Assembly: GCA_041664265.1 (NCBI GenBank)
Contig: JBAYLD010000003.1
Span: 7,988-71,987 of the forward strand
From: Minisyncoccota bacterium
Lineage (GTDB): Bacteria; Patescibacteriota; Minisyncoccia; Phycocordibacterales; Phycocordibacteraceae
Direction of reading: 5' to 3'
Length of the DNA stretch: 64,000 nt
Position numbers and translations under genes: made by a program. The notes beneath the pieces were generated by a model. That model ran no database searches. It was not told the DNA's origin and saw nothing but the letters and a program-made list of their open reading frames with translations. Of this stretch, positions 9,695-19,296 are shown piece by piece (position 1 is the stretch's first letter; each line of letters opens with the position of its first letter).

Positions 9695-9888
9695 GGCTGC
9701 CCTATGTATGTAGGAGCAGTCTTTCTTCTGAGACATCTCAATATCAAGGCGAAACCTTGATATTGAGGTATCCCCTATTTGTGCGGTCGTCGCATTTAGG
9801 GGTTAAACTGAATGTACCTTCATTTACGCTATAGCGTGAAATATGGTACACACTCATCGTTCCAATCTGTGCATACCCAGTATGCACA
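9682..9888. repeat. Mosaic cluster of four palindromic elements between convergent genes
   Basis: cctacatacatagggc-t-gccctatgtatgtagg 9682-9714; ctcaatatcaagg-cgaaa-ccttgatattgag 9737-9767; degenerate family A 9813-9850; family C 9868-9888. Confidence 0.85.
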
Positions 9889-9917
9889 ACTTAAACCTTA
9901 CACCTTACCGCTTACGC

Positions 9918-11114
9918 CTAGAGCGAGTAGCTCCAGAGGGAGTCGTCGTTTTTGTTTAGAAACACGAGTGTTGTGGCATCTGGGTCGATCGCGAGCGCAG
10001 TGGCGTCGAGAGAATCCCCGGTTTCTTCTGGGAAATCGAGCACCAGCTGCGCATAGCGGCCCTCGACTTCGATCTTCCAAATCCGATCAGAGAACTGCAC
10101 AGCTCCCTGGTACCAATCATCCGGATACACAGAGTCAGTAGGAGGGTCGAGCGGGATACCGCAGTATACTGAAGAGTCGTCAGCGGCCCACACGCATTTA
10201 TCGACGATCGTAGTGACCGGGAGTGATGTGATGTCGCCCGTCTCGGTGTCAACAAGATCTAATTGCAGAGCGTTATCGAGGACGTAGCTCACCAGCGCCC
10301 ACTTCCCTGAGGGGCTCGCGAGGGCGACGAGACCGTTGAGCGGTCCGGCGATTCGGGAAAAGCGCCCAGCGTCATCGACAAGAAAGGCAGCCCCAGGGAG
10401 TGTGGCGGCTGGCTTGGTATACGCGAGATAGCGCGATTTGCCAGCAAATGAAACACGCAGCGCAGAGAGCGGGGTGCTAAACAGCTCTGCCGTACGCACA
10501 TCGTTTGTGGTACTAAGTGTCGCAACAGAACCAGTGACACCCGAGACGAGTGTGAGCACGCCCGCCGAAGAAACAGCGAGAGCAGAAATATTTTGCGGCA
10601 AAAAGAATCCTTCTGGTGGCGCCTCGGAGCGCGCCGGGAGTGCGTAGGTATTGATCGTAGAGAAATCTTCGCCGGAGAGGTACCGGACGAATGCCGTTTT
10701 TGCATCGGGGACCCACGCGGCAGATTGGATACCCGGGATCGTTTGATTATTCGTTCGGGTGACGGCTCCTGTGCGTGTGCTATAGGAGAAAACGTTTCCG
10801 CTCTGCCGTTCAATATAGTGCACCAGCGTCTCGGGAGAGGAACTTGCGTTTATCGCAGGGGCATTCACCACGGCCTCGCCCGGCACTACCGGTCCCACGC
10901 TTATCTTCACGAGCCGCGCGGATATGGGGGTCGGTTCGCCCGCGGGTGTCGTGGTGCCGGAGTCTGCAGGAAATATACCCTGCCCCGCTAGAGGGAGGTT
11001 TACGTTTGGCGCGACGGTGAGGCTCGCTTTGGGGGTGAAGAAATAGAAATAGACGAACGCACCTACTCCTATCAGGAGTATCAGAATCGCGGCGATGATC
11101 AAGATGCGTCGCAT
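9918..11114 (-). CDS. Membrane-anchored extracellular protein, probable beta-propeller-like fold
   Basis: N-terminal TM MRRILIIAAILILL..., beta-rich body, SPSGKW and YPDDWYQG segments. Confidence 0.7.
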   Translation of the reverse strand: MRRILIIAAILILLIGVGAFVYFYFFTPKASLTVAPNVNLPLAGQGIFPADSGTTTPAGEPTPISARLVKISVGPVVPGEAVVNAPAINASSSPETLVHYIERQSGNVFSYSTRTGAVTRTNNQTIPGIQSAAWVPDAKTAFVRYLSGEDFSTINTYALPARSEAPPEGFFLPQNISALAVSSAGVLTLVSGVTGSVATLSTTNDVRTAELFSTPLSALRVSFAGKSRYLAYTKPAATLPGAAFLVDDAGRFSRIAGPLNGLVALASPSGKWALVSYVLDNALQLDLVDTETGDITSLPVTTIVDKCVWAADDSSVYCGIPLDPPTDSVYPDDWYQGAVQFSDRIWKIEVEGRYAQLVLDFPEETGDSLDATALAIDPDATTLVFLNKNDDSLWSYSL

Positions 11115-11118
11115 AGCA

Positions 11119-11895
11119 TTATGGCGTAGGTACGTTGCACCCAACCACGAGGCTTAAACTACCCGGACACGTAAGGGTATTCGTTTTTGGGTCGACGCTC
11201 GTGACTTGGGCGGTTTTCCCGTCTGGGCTTAGGCATTTAGGTTGCTGGGGCCTCCCAGGGATAGCAGAGCAGCTTTTTATGGTGTTCTTGCAATCAGGAT
11301 CATTGGTGCAGAACATCAGTCGCAGGCTGGGGTCGGTAGATACTATTGAGTTTAATCCTCCTGCAAGTGGCGGAGGTGTGGGTGCTATTGGCACTCTTGT
11401 TGATGTTGATGATTTGGTATCGAGTGCCGGAAGGTTCAACGAGAGATTTAGGATGTTCGGATTGATAATGGAGAAGACGATTGCCGGCGAGAGGACGAGG
11501 ATAAGGCCGTATATGGCGTTGTAGATTTTCCCCTTATCATCAGTGATGGTACTGACCGCGTCTTTATGGAAGTAAGCGATATCGAGTCCGGACCATATGA
11601 TCTGGATGATTGCGAGTATCGCGGCAAGCCCGATGAGATATTTATAGAGATTATTGAAGAAGGTGGCGAGCGAAGTTGAATTCACCACACTCGTCACACT
11701 AGCATCAGTAAGTCCGGGGATGGGCGCGAGTGCGACGAAGCTGACACATTTGTTTTCCGCACAAGAAAGCCCCGAAACACAGTCGTTATCGCTCGTACAA
11801 GCACTTCCATTCTGACCGGTACCCGCAGCGAGCACATACGGCGCAAGCCCAAAGAAAAGAGACAAGATTGCTGCAAAGAGGACTGTTTTTCTCAT
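11119..11895 (-). CDS. TrbC/VirB2-like pilin with Cys-rich flanking domains
   Basis: Signal peptide, Cys-rich C.S..DC..G..C motif, two hydrophobic helices with K.KIYNAIYGLIL.L and IINP.IL. Confidence 0.65.
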   Translation of the reverse strand: MRKTVLFAAILSLFFGLAPYVLAAGTGQNGSACTSDNDCVSGLSCAENKCVSFVALAPIPGLTDASVTSVVNSTSLATFFNNLYKYLIGLAAILAIIQIIWSGLDIAYFHKDAVSTITDDKGKIYNAIYGLILVLSPAIVFSIINPNILNLSLNLPALDTKSSTSTRVPIAPTPPPLAGGLNSIVSTDPSLRLMFCTNDPDCKNTIKSCSAIPGRPQQPKCLSPDGKTAQVTSVDPKTNTLTCPGSLSLVVGCNVPTP

Positions 11896-12878
11896 AGGCC
11901 AAAGAAGCTAAAGCCGCTCGATGAAGCGCCAAATATGAGAGAGAGCGCGGCGGTCGCTTGCGCAGATTCTCCAGCCGAGGCGACGAGCGAGAGTGAGGCG
12001 CTCCCCTGCCCGCTTCCTGTGGGTCGGAGCGTTATAGAGGTCCCGGTTTGCGCCTCAGACCCGTTCAAGAACCATTGGAGAAGCGGCGCGCCGCCGGTGA
12101 TCGGCAGAGAGAACGGTGCGGCATAGAGCGTATCCTCCGCGCCGTTGATGGTGTAGTTACCAGAGAGTGCGTGCCCGAAGCGAATACCAAGCAGCGGATC
12201 ATTCTCATACACGCGCAGCGAGGGCTCGCTTGGGGTGAGTGAGATCGTTGTGCCACCGACGAGGCTCCCGTCTGAGCTCGCGACTGAGACTGAGACCGAT
12301 CGTGAACGATATTGCAGCGGCGATGCAACGATGATGGTCTCCTTCCCGATGCCTGAGGCTCGCGCGACGTGTGCGCCATCGACGGTCCACGCATAAGCAT
12401 ATGAAGATGGATCGAGCGTCTTGCCTTTTGCATCGCTTAAGCGGGCCATCGCTACAACGCGCACATCTCCCTCAACCGGCACCAGGGGCTTCCCTAGGTA
12501 GAGCGGGGGCGCCGAAGCAATCGGCTCGGCGATGAGCACAACGTCTTGGGGTTGGATAGAAATCGTCTGGCTATGGTTTGCTCCATTCGAAATTATCGTT
12601 ACCACTGCACGCGTGACACTTCCTGTCCTGCCGAGCGGGAGAGCAGTCGGCTGGACGTTCCCGCGATACAGCTCTTTGCCCGCAACCGAGACGATCATGG
12701 TCGCGCTTGCGAGGTCAATTGTAGGAGAGACGACTGAGAGCACCGCCTGGCTGTGAGGAGCTGGATATTGAGGGCTTAGTGAAATAGAAAAAGTTCCTGC
12801 AGTGCCGAGGGTTTGCGCCAAAACGGCGAGGGGCAGTAAGAGGATGAGGACAAGAGCGGTGAAGAGAAAAGAACGCAT
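11892..12878 (-). CDS. Secreted Ig-like/beta-sandwich hypothetical protein
   Basis: Signal peptide MRSFLFTALVL...VLA-Q, Y.W.VDG and W.LNG motifs. Confidence 0.65.
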   Translation of the reverse strand: MRSFLFTALVLILLLPLAVLAQTLGTAGTFSISLSPQYPAPHSQAVLSVVSPTIDLASATMIVSVAGKELYRGNVQPTALPLGRTGSVTRAVVTIISNGANHSQTISIQPQDVVLIAEPIASAPPLYLGKPLVPVEGDVRVVAMARLSDAKGKTLDPSSYAYAWTVDGAHVARASGIGKETIIVASPLQYRSRSVSVSVASSDGSLVGGTTISLTPSEPSLRVYENDPLLGIRFGHALSGNYTINGAEDTLYAAPFSLPITGGAPLLQWFLNGSEAQTGTSITLRPTGSGQGSASLSLVASAGESAQATAALSLIFGASSSGFSFFGL

Positions 12879-12882
12879 GTCT

Positions 12883-13383
12883 CTAGTATACCCCAGCGTT
12901 CGGCATCGTTTGTTGAGTTTGTTCATATTTTTTCAACACCTTTTTGTCGTTCTCTATCTGCGTTTTGTAGATGCCCCAAACCATAACAAGCACGCTTGCG
13001 CCGAGGCCCCCAAGCGACCAGAGGATGGAGAACGGATTGTCTTTAAACGCACGCCCGTTCGCCGCGAAGATAAAAAAGGTCACCGTGAGCCAACCGGCAA
13101 ACCCGACCGCCATCGCCATAATGGTGCCGAAGGCGATAAGCGCAGGTGCGCCGAGGTACCCGCCAGCGACGGCGCCAGCTCCACACACCAGCCCCCCTAC
13201 GGTTGTTCCAACGACACCACTGACTTTTGTCGTGCAATACAAGGCGGCTGCTGCCGGCCCGAAGAACCAAAAAAAGAGAAAAAAATAGCGCAGTGCGTCA
13301 AAGAGGGCGGCGGCAGCGAGGATCCATGATGCCCCCTTCCAGGTCATTATCTTGGGCGGCTTGCTATTTCTTTTCTGTAGCAT
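12883..13383 (-). CDS. Hypothetical membrane protein
   Basis: 3-4 hydrophobic segments; start overlaps the virB4 stop; co-oriented in the operon. Confidence 0.6.
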   Translation of the reverse strand: MLQKRNSKPPKIMTWKGASWILAAAALFDALRYFFLFFWFFGPAAAALYCTTKVSGVVGTTVGGLVCGAGAVAGGYLGAPALIAFGTIMAMAVGFAGWLTVTFFIFAANGRAFKDNPFSILWSLGGLGASVLVMVWGIYKTQIENDKKVLKKYEQTQQTMPNAGVY

Positions 13384-15181
13384 ACCGCGCTTTCTCTTCT
13401 TTTATCGCGAGAAGTTGCGAGGGATCAGAGGTGATGATCTGGTCCTCGGTATAACTGGCGACCACCTTAATCGCGACGTGCTTGAGGCCCGCGAAGAAGA
13501 GTCCCTCGCCCACGCCGGCCTCGAGGAGGAGATATTTCTCTTCGTCGGTGAGATTGAAAGTCTGTTGCAGCACCTCGATGGTTGTCGGGGACTGTTTTAA
13601 CAAGAGTTGCAGAGAAGAGTTGGTGAGAATGGGCCGTCCATAAGGGCTCTTCAAGAAGTCCTCGACGTCTTGGGTGATCGTGCAGACGCCCAGGTAATAT
13701 TTGCGCCCGCGTTTTGCGACTGAATAGAGGAATGACGCCGTATCCTCGCTCTTCATCATCCACCACGCTTCATCGATGATAAGCAGCCGCTTCTTCAGCT
13801 CGTGGCGCACGGCGTTCCAGATGTAATGGGTGATGATGTACATCGCCACTGGCTTGAGCTCATCCTCCATGTCACGCACCGAGAACACTTCAAATTGCTG
13901 CGTGAGATCGATGTTGGTTGGTTGGTTTAAGAATCCCGCCCACGAGCCGCGGGTATATTTAGAGAGCCGTTCGACCAGGGACTCGCTTCCCTCCATGCCC
14001 GAGAGCACTTGTTCGAAGTCAGAAAGGAGCGGCGACTCCGCCCCGGTGAAGTCGGCATCGCCGGTGATGTCCTTGAGCGCGTAGGTCTCGCTGATGGCGC
14101 GGTCAACGATAGCGTCTTCGGCGGGCGAGAGGCCGCCCAACATGATGCGGAAAAGTCCGACCAGCGAGATAATGTTAGAGCGCAGGATGTCCTTCGGGTC
14201 CTCGTCCTCTTTGACCGGCGGGAGGTCAAACGGGTTGATGTGGTGCTCGGAGGAGAGGGATATATGGAAGACGCGCCCGCCGGTCGCCTCGGCGAGCTGG
14301 TCGTATTCGCGCTCGGGGTCGATGACGATGATATCCGTCCCGAACATGAGCGAACGCAGGATCTCGAGTTTTGTGCAGTAGCTTTTACCGGAACCTGACT
14401 TCGCGAAAATAACCGAGTTGTAGTTCTCAAGCGAGAACCGGTCGAAGAGGATGAGTGAGGAATTGTGCCGATTGATGCCGTAAAGAATGCCGCGGTCGCT
14501 CGTGAGGTCGAACGACACGAAGGGGAAGATGGAAGAGAGCGGCGATGAGTTCAGTTTCGAATTGACCAAGAGTTCGTCGGTGCCGATCGGTAGGCACGAG
14601 CGGAATCCTTGCTCTTGTTGGAACAATGCGGGCTTTGTGTAGACCAGTTTAGCGTCAAGGATGCCACGGATGTCGCCCTCGGTCTTGTCTATCTCTTCCT
14701 TCGAGTTGCCGTAGAGCGCGAGGTACAACCCGACGTCGAACAGCTTTTCTTGGGCTTGTTGGAGATTGTTGCGCAGGCTCTCAAGGTCTTGATACGCTGT
14801 GTCCAAGAGTGGGTCGCGCACGAGCCCTTTTGACTCGCGTTCGTTGATCTGGCTCTGGACCTCGGCGACTTTTTTCTGGAAATCGCGCAATGCCCGTTCG
14901 GTCTCGACGGGGTGTATGAACAAAGAGACATCAAGTACCTTATCGAGATTGATGACGGGCGAGAACCAGCTGTCGGCAAGAAAGCGCGGGTAGGAAATGG
15001 TATAGAAGGCGCGGACGAACTTCTCTCCCAGCTCGATTTCGCGTGACCCTATCTTGAGGGCGGTTGGAGCGATGGTGTCGACGAGGTCGAGCGATCCTTG
15101 GGCGTAAATATCCTTGGGCAACACCGGCAGTACCGCGGGTGTCTCCTCCTTCTTCCGGCTGATAAAATCAAGTAGAGCCAT
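13364..15181 (-). CDS. virB4: VirB4/TraC-like type IV secretion ATPase
   Basis: GILYGIN, Walker A AKSGSGKS, IIVIDPEREY, INPFD, LIIDEAW, RGRKY, ITQDVEDF. Confidence 0.85.
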   Translation of the reverse strand: MALLDFISRKKEETPAVLPVLPKDIYAQGSLDLVDTIAPTALKIGSREIELGEKFVRAFYTISYPRFLADSWFSPVINLDKVLDVSLFIHPVETERALRDFQKKVAEVQSQINERESKGLVRDPLLDTAYQDLESLRNNLQQAQEKLFDVGLYLALYGNSKEEIDKTEGDIRGILDAKLVYTKPALFQQEQGFRSCLPIGTDELLVNSKLNSSPLSSIFPFVSFDLTSDRGILYGINRHNSSLILFDRFSLENYNSVIFAKSGSGKSYCTKLEILRSLMFGTDIIVIDPEREYDQLAEATGGRVFHISLSSEHHINPFDLPPVKEDEDPKDILRSNIISLVGLFRIMLGGLSPAEDAIVDRAISETYALKDITGDADFTGAESPLLSDFEQVLSGMEGSESLVERLSKYTRGSWAGFLNQPTNIDLTQQFEVFSVRDMEDELKPVAMYIITHYIWNAVRHELKKRLLIIDEAWWMMKSEDTASFLYSVAKRGRKYYLGVCTITQDVEDFLKSPYGRPILTNSSLQLLLKQSPTTIEVLQQTFNLTDEEKYLLLEAGVGEGLFFAGLKHVAIKVVASYTEDQIITSDPSQLLAIKEEKARYATEKK

Positions 15182-15214
15182 GGTGAAATATTTAAATATG
15201 TAAAAATTTAAATT

Positions 15215-15847
15215 TCATGCGAGGCGGATCGGATTCTCGAGTTCTCCCGGGTTAAATGAGCGATAGAGAAGCTCAATGACTTCTTCAGTGCCGAGCGAGA
15301 CCGCCCGCACCCCGGTACCCGCAAGGCCGCCGGCGACAAGCGAGAGCCTTTGGGAGAGTTGCGCGCGATTTTCTTCAAAGGAGGTTTGGGCAGCGGCACT
15401 TTTTGTCGAAGCGCTCTCGTTGCGTAAGAAGCCGATCGTATGTGCAGCGGAGACATGCGGGGCGTACGGGACGACGACATAAAATGACTTCGTCATGATG
15501 TTTGCCTGATCGGCAAAAGAACGGATGAACTCGATATATTCGCGCAATTGGATCCGCATGAGTTCGGTCTTCTGGGCAGCCTCTTTTGCTTCAAGGAGAT
15601 TTAGATAAGGGCGGAGATCCATCTTGCGGGAGTTGATGACGATTTGAATCGAGAAATCGAGCGTGTTGAGGAAATTCTGGAAGCCAAGCGTGATCGCGTG
15701 CTGTTCTTCAGCCGACTTAAGCCCGAAGTTGATGGAGGAGCAGATGAGGATCCCGCGATAGCCGCCGTCCTTAAGGGTGATGATCCCATCCCTGATTTCT
15801 TTGATCGGGACAAACTGTTGTGTAGCTCCTGCTGGTTTCTCCGCCAT
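15215..15847 (-). CDS. VirB4-associated conserved protein (TraC N-terminal-like)
   Basis: TQQFVPIKEIRDG, SINF.LKS.EEQ, FLNTLDFSIQI; lies between the PrgI-like gene and virB4. Confidence 0.7.
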   Translation of the reverse strand: MAEKPAGATQQFVPIKEIRDGIITLKDGGYRGILICSSINFGLKSAEEQHAITLGFQNFLNTLDFSIQIVINSRKMDLRPYLNLLEAKEAAQKTELMRIQLREYIEFIRSFADQANIMTKSFYVVVPYAPHVSAAHTIGFLRNESASTKSAAAQTSFEENRAQLSQRLSLVAGGLAGTGVRAVSLGTEEVIELLYRSFNPGELENPIRLA

Positions 15848-15848
15848 A

Positions 15849-16286
15849 CTACTTTTGTGCCTCATCCGAGGGCGCGTCTTTGGCGGATACGTCCAACGAC
15901 CATGCAAGTTCCGAAAGCTTTCCCTGCGTGAGTTTTCTGCCAAGGGTGCGCCCCGCGGCGGGCGGCGTCGCCGCACTCGCCACCGCATTCTTCTCAGCTT
16001 CTTGTTGCCCCTGATGCTTCCAAAGGAGAAGCTTTGCGCCCGTATAATAATGCAACCCAGCCTCAAGAACCTCGATAAACGGCTTGCCATTTATCTTATA
16101 AAACGCGAGAGCTGCAGCGAGTGCGACCACGGGTATCGAGAGGAGGATCGCGAGGAGAATCGGCAGATAGGCGAAAAAGATGACGCAGAGCCCGCCGGCG
16201 CCGGCGATATAGATAAATTGTTTCAGGGTCAAAGGCCCTACGATCTTGTCTTCGACCTCAATGAACTGCGGCACTTGGTATTCCAT
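15849..16286 (-). CDS. PrgI family (VirB3-like) membrane protein
   Basis: YQVPQFIEVEDKIVGPLTLKQF followed by two TM helices. Confidence 0.8.
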   Translation of the reverse strand: MEYQVPQFIEVEDKIVGPLTLKQFIYIAGAGGLCVIFFAYLPILLAILLSIPVVALAAALAFYKINGKPFIEVLEAGLHYYTGAKLLLWKHQGQQEAEKNAVASAATPPAAGRTLGRKLTQGKLSELAWSLDVSAKDAPSDEAQK

Positions 16287-16301
16287 CTCCCATAGTATAC
16301 A

Positions 16302-16940
16302 TTACCCGCCGATGAGGAATCCGAAGATCCACACGACGAGGCTGAAGAATGGCCCAGCGAAGACAGATGAGAAGACGAGCAAAAAGAGGATGAGCGAAAA
16401 TATGCCTGCGCCGCGAATCTGGTGCTCAAAACGAGCAAGACCCGATGAGAGACGCCACGGGAGCAGGGAGCGCAGCACCGTGAAGCCGTCGAGCGGTGGG
16501 AACGGGACGAGGTTGAACAAGCCGAGGAAGAGATTGATGAACGCGATAGTTGCGGCGAGCGAGAGCGCCGTAGCGTCAAAGCCAATCGTCGAACCAAAAC
16601 GCACAATGAGCCCGAAAACGACCGCGAGGAGGATGTTCGTCGCGCTGCCAGCCACCGCGACGAGTCCATCGCCCCATCGCTGATTTTTGAGATTGTAGGG
16701 ATTGTAGGGTACCGGTTTCGCCCAGCCGAAGAGGATGGGAGAGCCGCTCAAGACCAGAAGTGTGGGGAGGATAACCGAGCCTATAAGATCGATATGTGGG
16801 AGCGGGTTCAAGGTGAGGCGACCGGCGAGACGCGCGGTCGGGTCGCCAAGCGAGTTGGCGGCGTAGCCGTGCGCCACTTCGTGGGCGATGACCGAAAAGA
16901 TGAGGATAACGAGGATAAGAACCGTGTTTGCTTCTGCCAT
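16302..16940 (-). CDS. Site-2 protease (M50 family)
   Basis: HEVAH, GRLTLNP, FNLVPFPPLDG. Confidence 0.92.
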   Translation of the reverse strand: MAEANTVLILVILIFSVIAHEVAHGYAANSLGDPTARLAGRLTLNPLPHIDLIGSVILPTLLVLSGSPILFGWAKPVPYNPYNLKNQRWGDGLVAVAGSATNILLAVVFGLIVRFGSTIGFDATALSLAATIAFINLFLGLFNLVPFPPLDGFTVLRSLLPWRLSSGLARFEHQIRGAGIFSLILFLLVFSSVFAGPFFSLVVWIFGFLIGG

Positions 16941-16965
16941 ATTCTAATGGTATCATGCCCGAACT

Positions 16966-17211
16966 ATGGCACGCAGCTGCGAGATCACCGGTAAAAGCAC
17001 GCAAATCGGCGGGCGGTACAGCAACCGCGTTCGTGCGACGCAGTTCAACCCCACCGGCAAGGTTCGCCGCAAGGCGAACCTCCAGAAGCGCCGCATCTAC
17101 GTCCCCGAACTCAAGAAGACGGTCATCGTGGACGTCTCGGTCAAGGGCCTCAAGACTATTAAAAAGAATGGCGCCTTCGCCGCGCTCAAGAAAGCCGGGG
17201 CTATTAAATAG
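16966..17211 (+). CDS. rpmB: 50S ribosomal protein L28
   Basis: MARSCEITGK, RR.ANLQK, VS.KGLKTI.K.G. Confidence 0.93.
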   Translation: MARSCEITGKSTQIGGRYSNRVRATQFNPTGKVRRKANLQKRRIYVPELKKTVIVDVSVKGLKTIKKNGAFAALKKAGAIK

Positions 17212-17234
17212 CTCCATTGTTTGAAAATATTTGG

Positions 17235-17260
17235 AAAAACGCCCGCAAGGGCGTTTTTTT
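17235..17260 (+). terminator. Intrinsic terminator after rpmB
   Basis: aaaaacgccc-gcaa-gggcgttttttt. Confidence 0.85.
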
Positions 17261-17309
17261 ATTGGTGAGTTCACGAAGTGTTCATGAAGGGGGTGATACT
17301 TTTATCGGC

Positions 17310-17846
17310 ATGACGTACACACCAAAAACGTTCAACCTCTCTGCCCTATCGGGGATCTCGGATAAGCAGATTAAAGTGCATCTCGCGCTGTATGAGGGCT
17401 ACGTGAAGCAGGTGAACGAGCTCATCGACACGCCGAATGCTCCCCGATTTGCTTTTGAGTTTAATGGTATGCGTCTGCACGAATATTATTTTGAGCAACT
17501 TGAGGGACGTCAGACGTCCCTCACTTCCGGAAGCGCACTTGAGGGGATTGAGGCGAAAGTCAAAGAAACTGCGGGGACACGCGGCCCTGGGTGGGTGGTT
17601 GTGTACTTCGATCCGGTCACGCAGGCATTTCATACCGCTTTTGTGCATGACCATGAGATCGGTCAGTTCGCGGGGCTGCCGATTATTCTCGTGCTCGATA
17701 TGTGGGAGCACGCCTATATGGTGGACTATCTGCCAGCGGAGAAGAAGAATTATATTGACGCCTTCTTCGCCAATGTTAATTGGGGCGTGATTGAGAGGCG
17801 TTTTGACTCCGCCAGTCGTCGGAGCGAGAAGATGAGTGCCGCATAA
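17310..17846 (+). CDS. Fe/Mn superoxide dismutase
   Basis: H..LY.GY, NG..LHEYYF, DMWEHAY; ATG at 17310. Confidence 0.88.
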   Translation: MTYTPKTFNLSALSGISDKQIKVHLALYEGYVKQVNELIDTPNAPRFAFEFNGMRLHEYYFEQLEGRQTSLTSGSALEGIEAKVKETAGTRGPGWVVVYFDPVTQAFHTAFVHDHEIGQFAGLPIILVLDMWEHAYMVDYLPAEKKNYIDAFFANVNWGVIERRFDSASRRSEKMSAA

Positions 17847-19291
17847 GCAGCGACGACGAACAGGAACGGGAAACGTTCGATCATAAATGCAGAAAAAGGT
17901 AGTGCGGAGCTCTTTTCTGCGACAAAGATGAAATAACGCATAAGGACGAACACAGGAGCCCCCGCTATGGTGGCGATAATCGGGACGAGCGGTCCTATCG
18001 TCATCCCGACGACGCCAGCGATTGCCGCCGAAGCCATAGCGATTGGTACCAGAGGATTAACGAGAAGGTTCGCCGGCAGGGCGACGAGCGAGAAGAGCCC
18101 GATGTTGTAGAGGAGGAGCGGCAGCACTGAAATTTGTGCTGCGAGCGTTGTCGCTACCGCGTTTTTCAAAAAGCCATGTTTGGACTTCGTAACTTCATCT
18201 GATGAGTGATTTACGAAGTCCCAGAGTCTCTCAATGATCGGCGAGAGCCAGATGATGCCGGCCGTCGCGGCGACGGAGAGGCCGAAGCCGGGGTCAAAAA
18301 CGAGATAGAGAGGATTCCAAAGGAGCATGAGCAGGATCGCGAAGAGCAGCGCACGGCTGGCGTAATAAGAGCGGCCGGTCGCGCGCGCATAGAGCGCGAT
18401 CACCGCCATAATCGCGGCGCGCACGGCAGTCGCCGAGATGCCGGCGACTCCGACAAAGAGGAGGAGCGCCGCCCCGCCGGCGAAGAATTGGAGCCGCCGC
18501 GGCAGCCGGAGAAGCGCGAAGAAAATCATCACCCACTCGGCCACGATCATGACGTTGTATCCCGAGAGCACGATGATCTGCACGAGCCCCGAGCGCGTGA
18601 AGGCGTCGGTGAGCGTAGTGCCGAGTCCCGCCTTCCCTCCTATGACGATGCCGCCCGCCAGCGCACTGTCTGGCTTGGGCAATGCGCGATTGAGCCCGTC
18701 TAAAAAGGCGTGCTTCACACGCGTGAGCGCTGCGGGGATTGAATACCACGGCGCTGCCTCCTCGGTGTGTATCGATCCAAATTGGATGAGGAATCGGATG
18801 TTCCGAGCCTGCAGATATTTATCATAGCGGAAGGTGCGGCCGCCATCGGTCTCAAATGCTTCCGGCAGGGAGAGCGTCCCATACACCCGCACCCGATCGC
18901 CGACCTTCACGTCGGCCGAGAGCGGCATCACTGCTAACATGCCGGTCACATCTTCTCCATTCCGTATCTCCAATGCGATGCGCTGATTCTTCTCGCGCAC
19001 ATCGGGATCGCCGACCACAACTCCGGTGTAAGACACTCGGTGTTTGACATCACGCATGAACGCGTCAGGCGCGGGCGTGTCCACGATCGCTGCACGCAGC
19101 ATCCCGAACGCGATGAACAAACAAAAAGCCGCGCCGAGTGTGTACGCTCGGCGCGGCTTCAAAAAACTCGCGGCACCAAAGATCGCCGCGATGATAAGTA
19201 TAAAAATAATCGGAGACCAACCAAAAATAAAAAGCGAGCGGAGAAATACCCCACTCGCGAATCCCATGACAATTGCAATTAGGATTTCCAT
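17750..19291 (-). CDS. comEC: ComEC/Rec2 competence DNA-uptake channel
   Basis: F.RSGL.QIIVLSGYNV, VRAAIMA, LLWNP...DPGFGLS, LPANLL. Confidence 0.9.
   Translation of the reverse strand: MEILIAIVMGFASGVFLRSLFIFGWSPIIFILIIAAIFGAASFLKPRRAYTLGAAFCLFIAFGMLRAAIVDTPAPDAFMRDVKHRVSYTGVVVGDPDVREKNQRIALEIRNGEDVTGMLAVMPLSADVKVGDRVRVYGTLSLPEAFETDGGRTFRYDKYLQARNIRFLIQFGSIHTEEAAPWYSIPAALTRVKHAFLDGLNRALPKPDSALAGGIVIGGKAGLGTTLTDAFTRSGLVQIIVLSGYNVMIVAEWVMIFFALLRLPRRLQFFAGGAALLLFVGVAGISATAVRAAIMAVIALYARATGRSYYASRALLFAILLMLLWNPLYLVFDPGFGLSVAATAGIIWLSPIIERLWDFVNHSSDEVTKSKHGFLKNAVATTLAAQISVLPLLLYNIGLFSLVALPANLLVNPLVPIAMASAAIAGVVGMTIGPLVPIIATIAGAPVFVLMRYFIFVAEKSSALPFSAFMIERFPFLFVVAAYAALIFSLRRLAESKRLSITPQLTLAKKASI
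18182..18221. repeat. Hairpin element inside the comEC reading frame
   Basis: ggacttcgtaa ... ttacgaagtcc 11-bp inverted repeat encoding polar WDFVNHSSDEVTKS. Confidence 0.55.
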
Positions 19292-19296
19292 GCTGC

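Noticed and set aside
1058-9888. Palindromic repeats as a CRISPR array
   Set aside because: Copies are dispersed kilobases apart with no regular repeat-spacer period, and no cas genes are present
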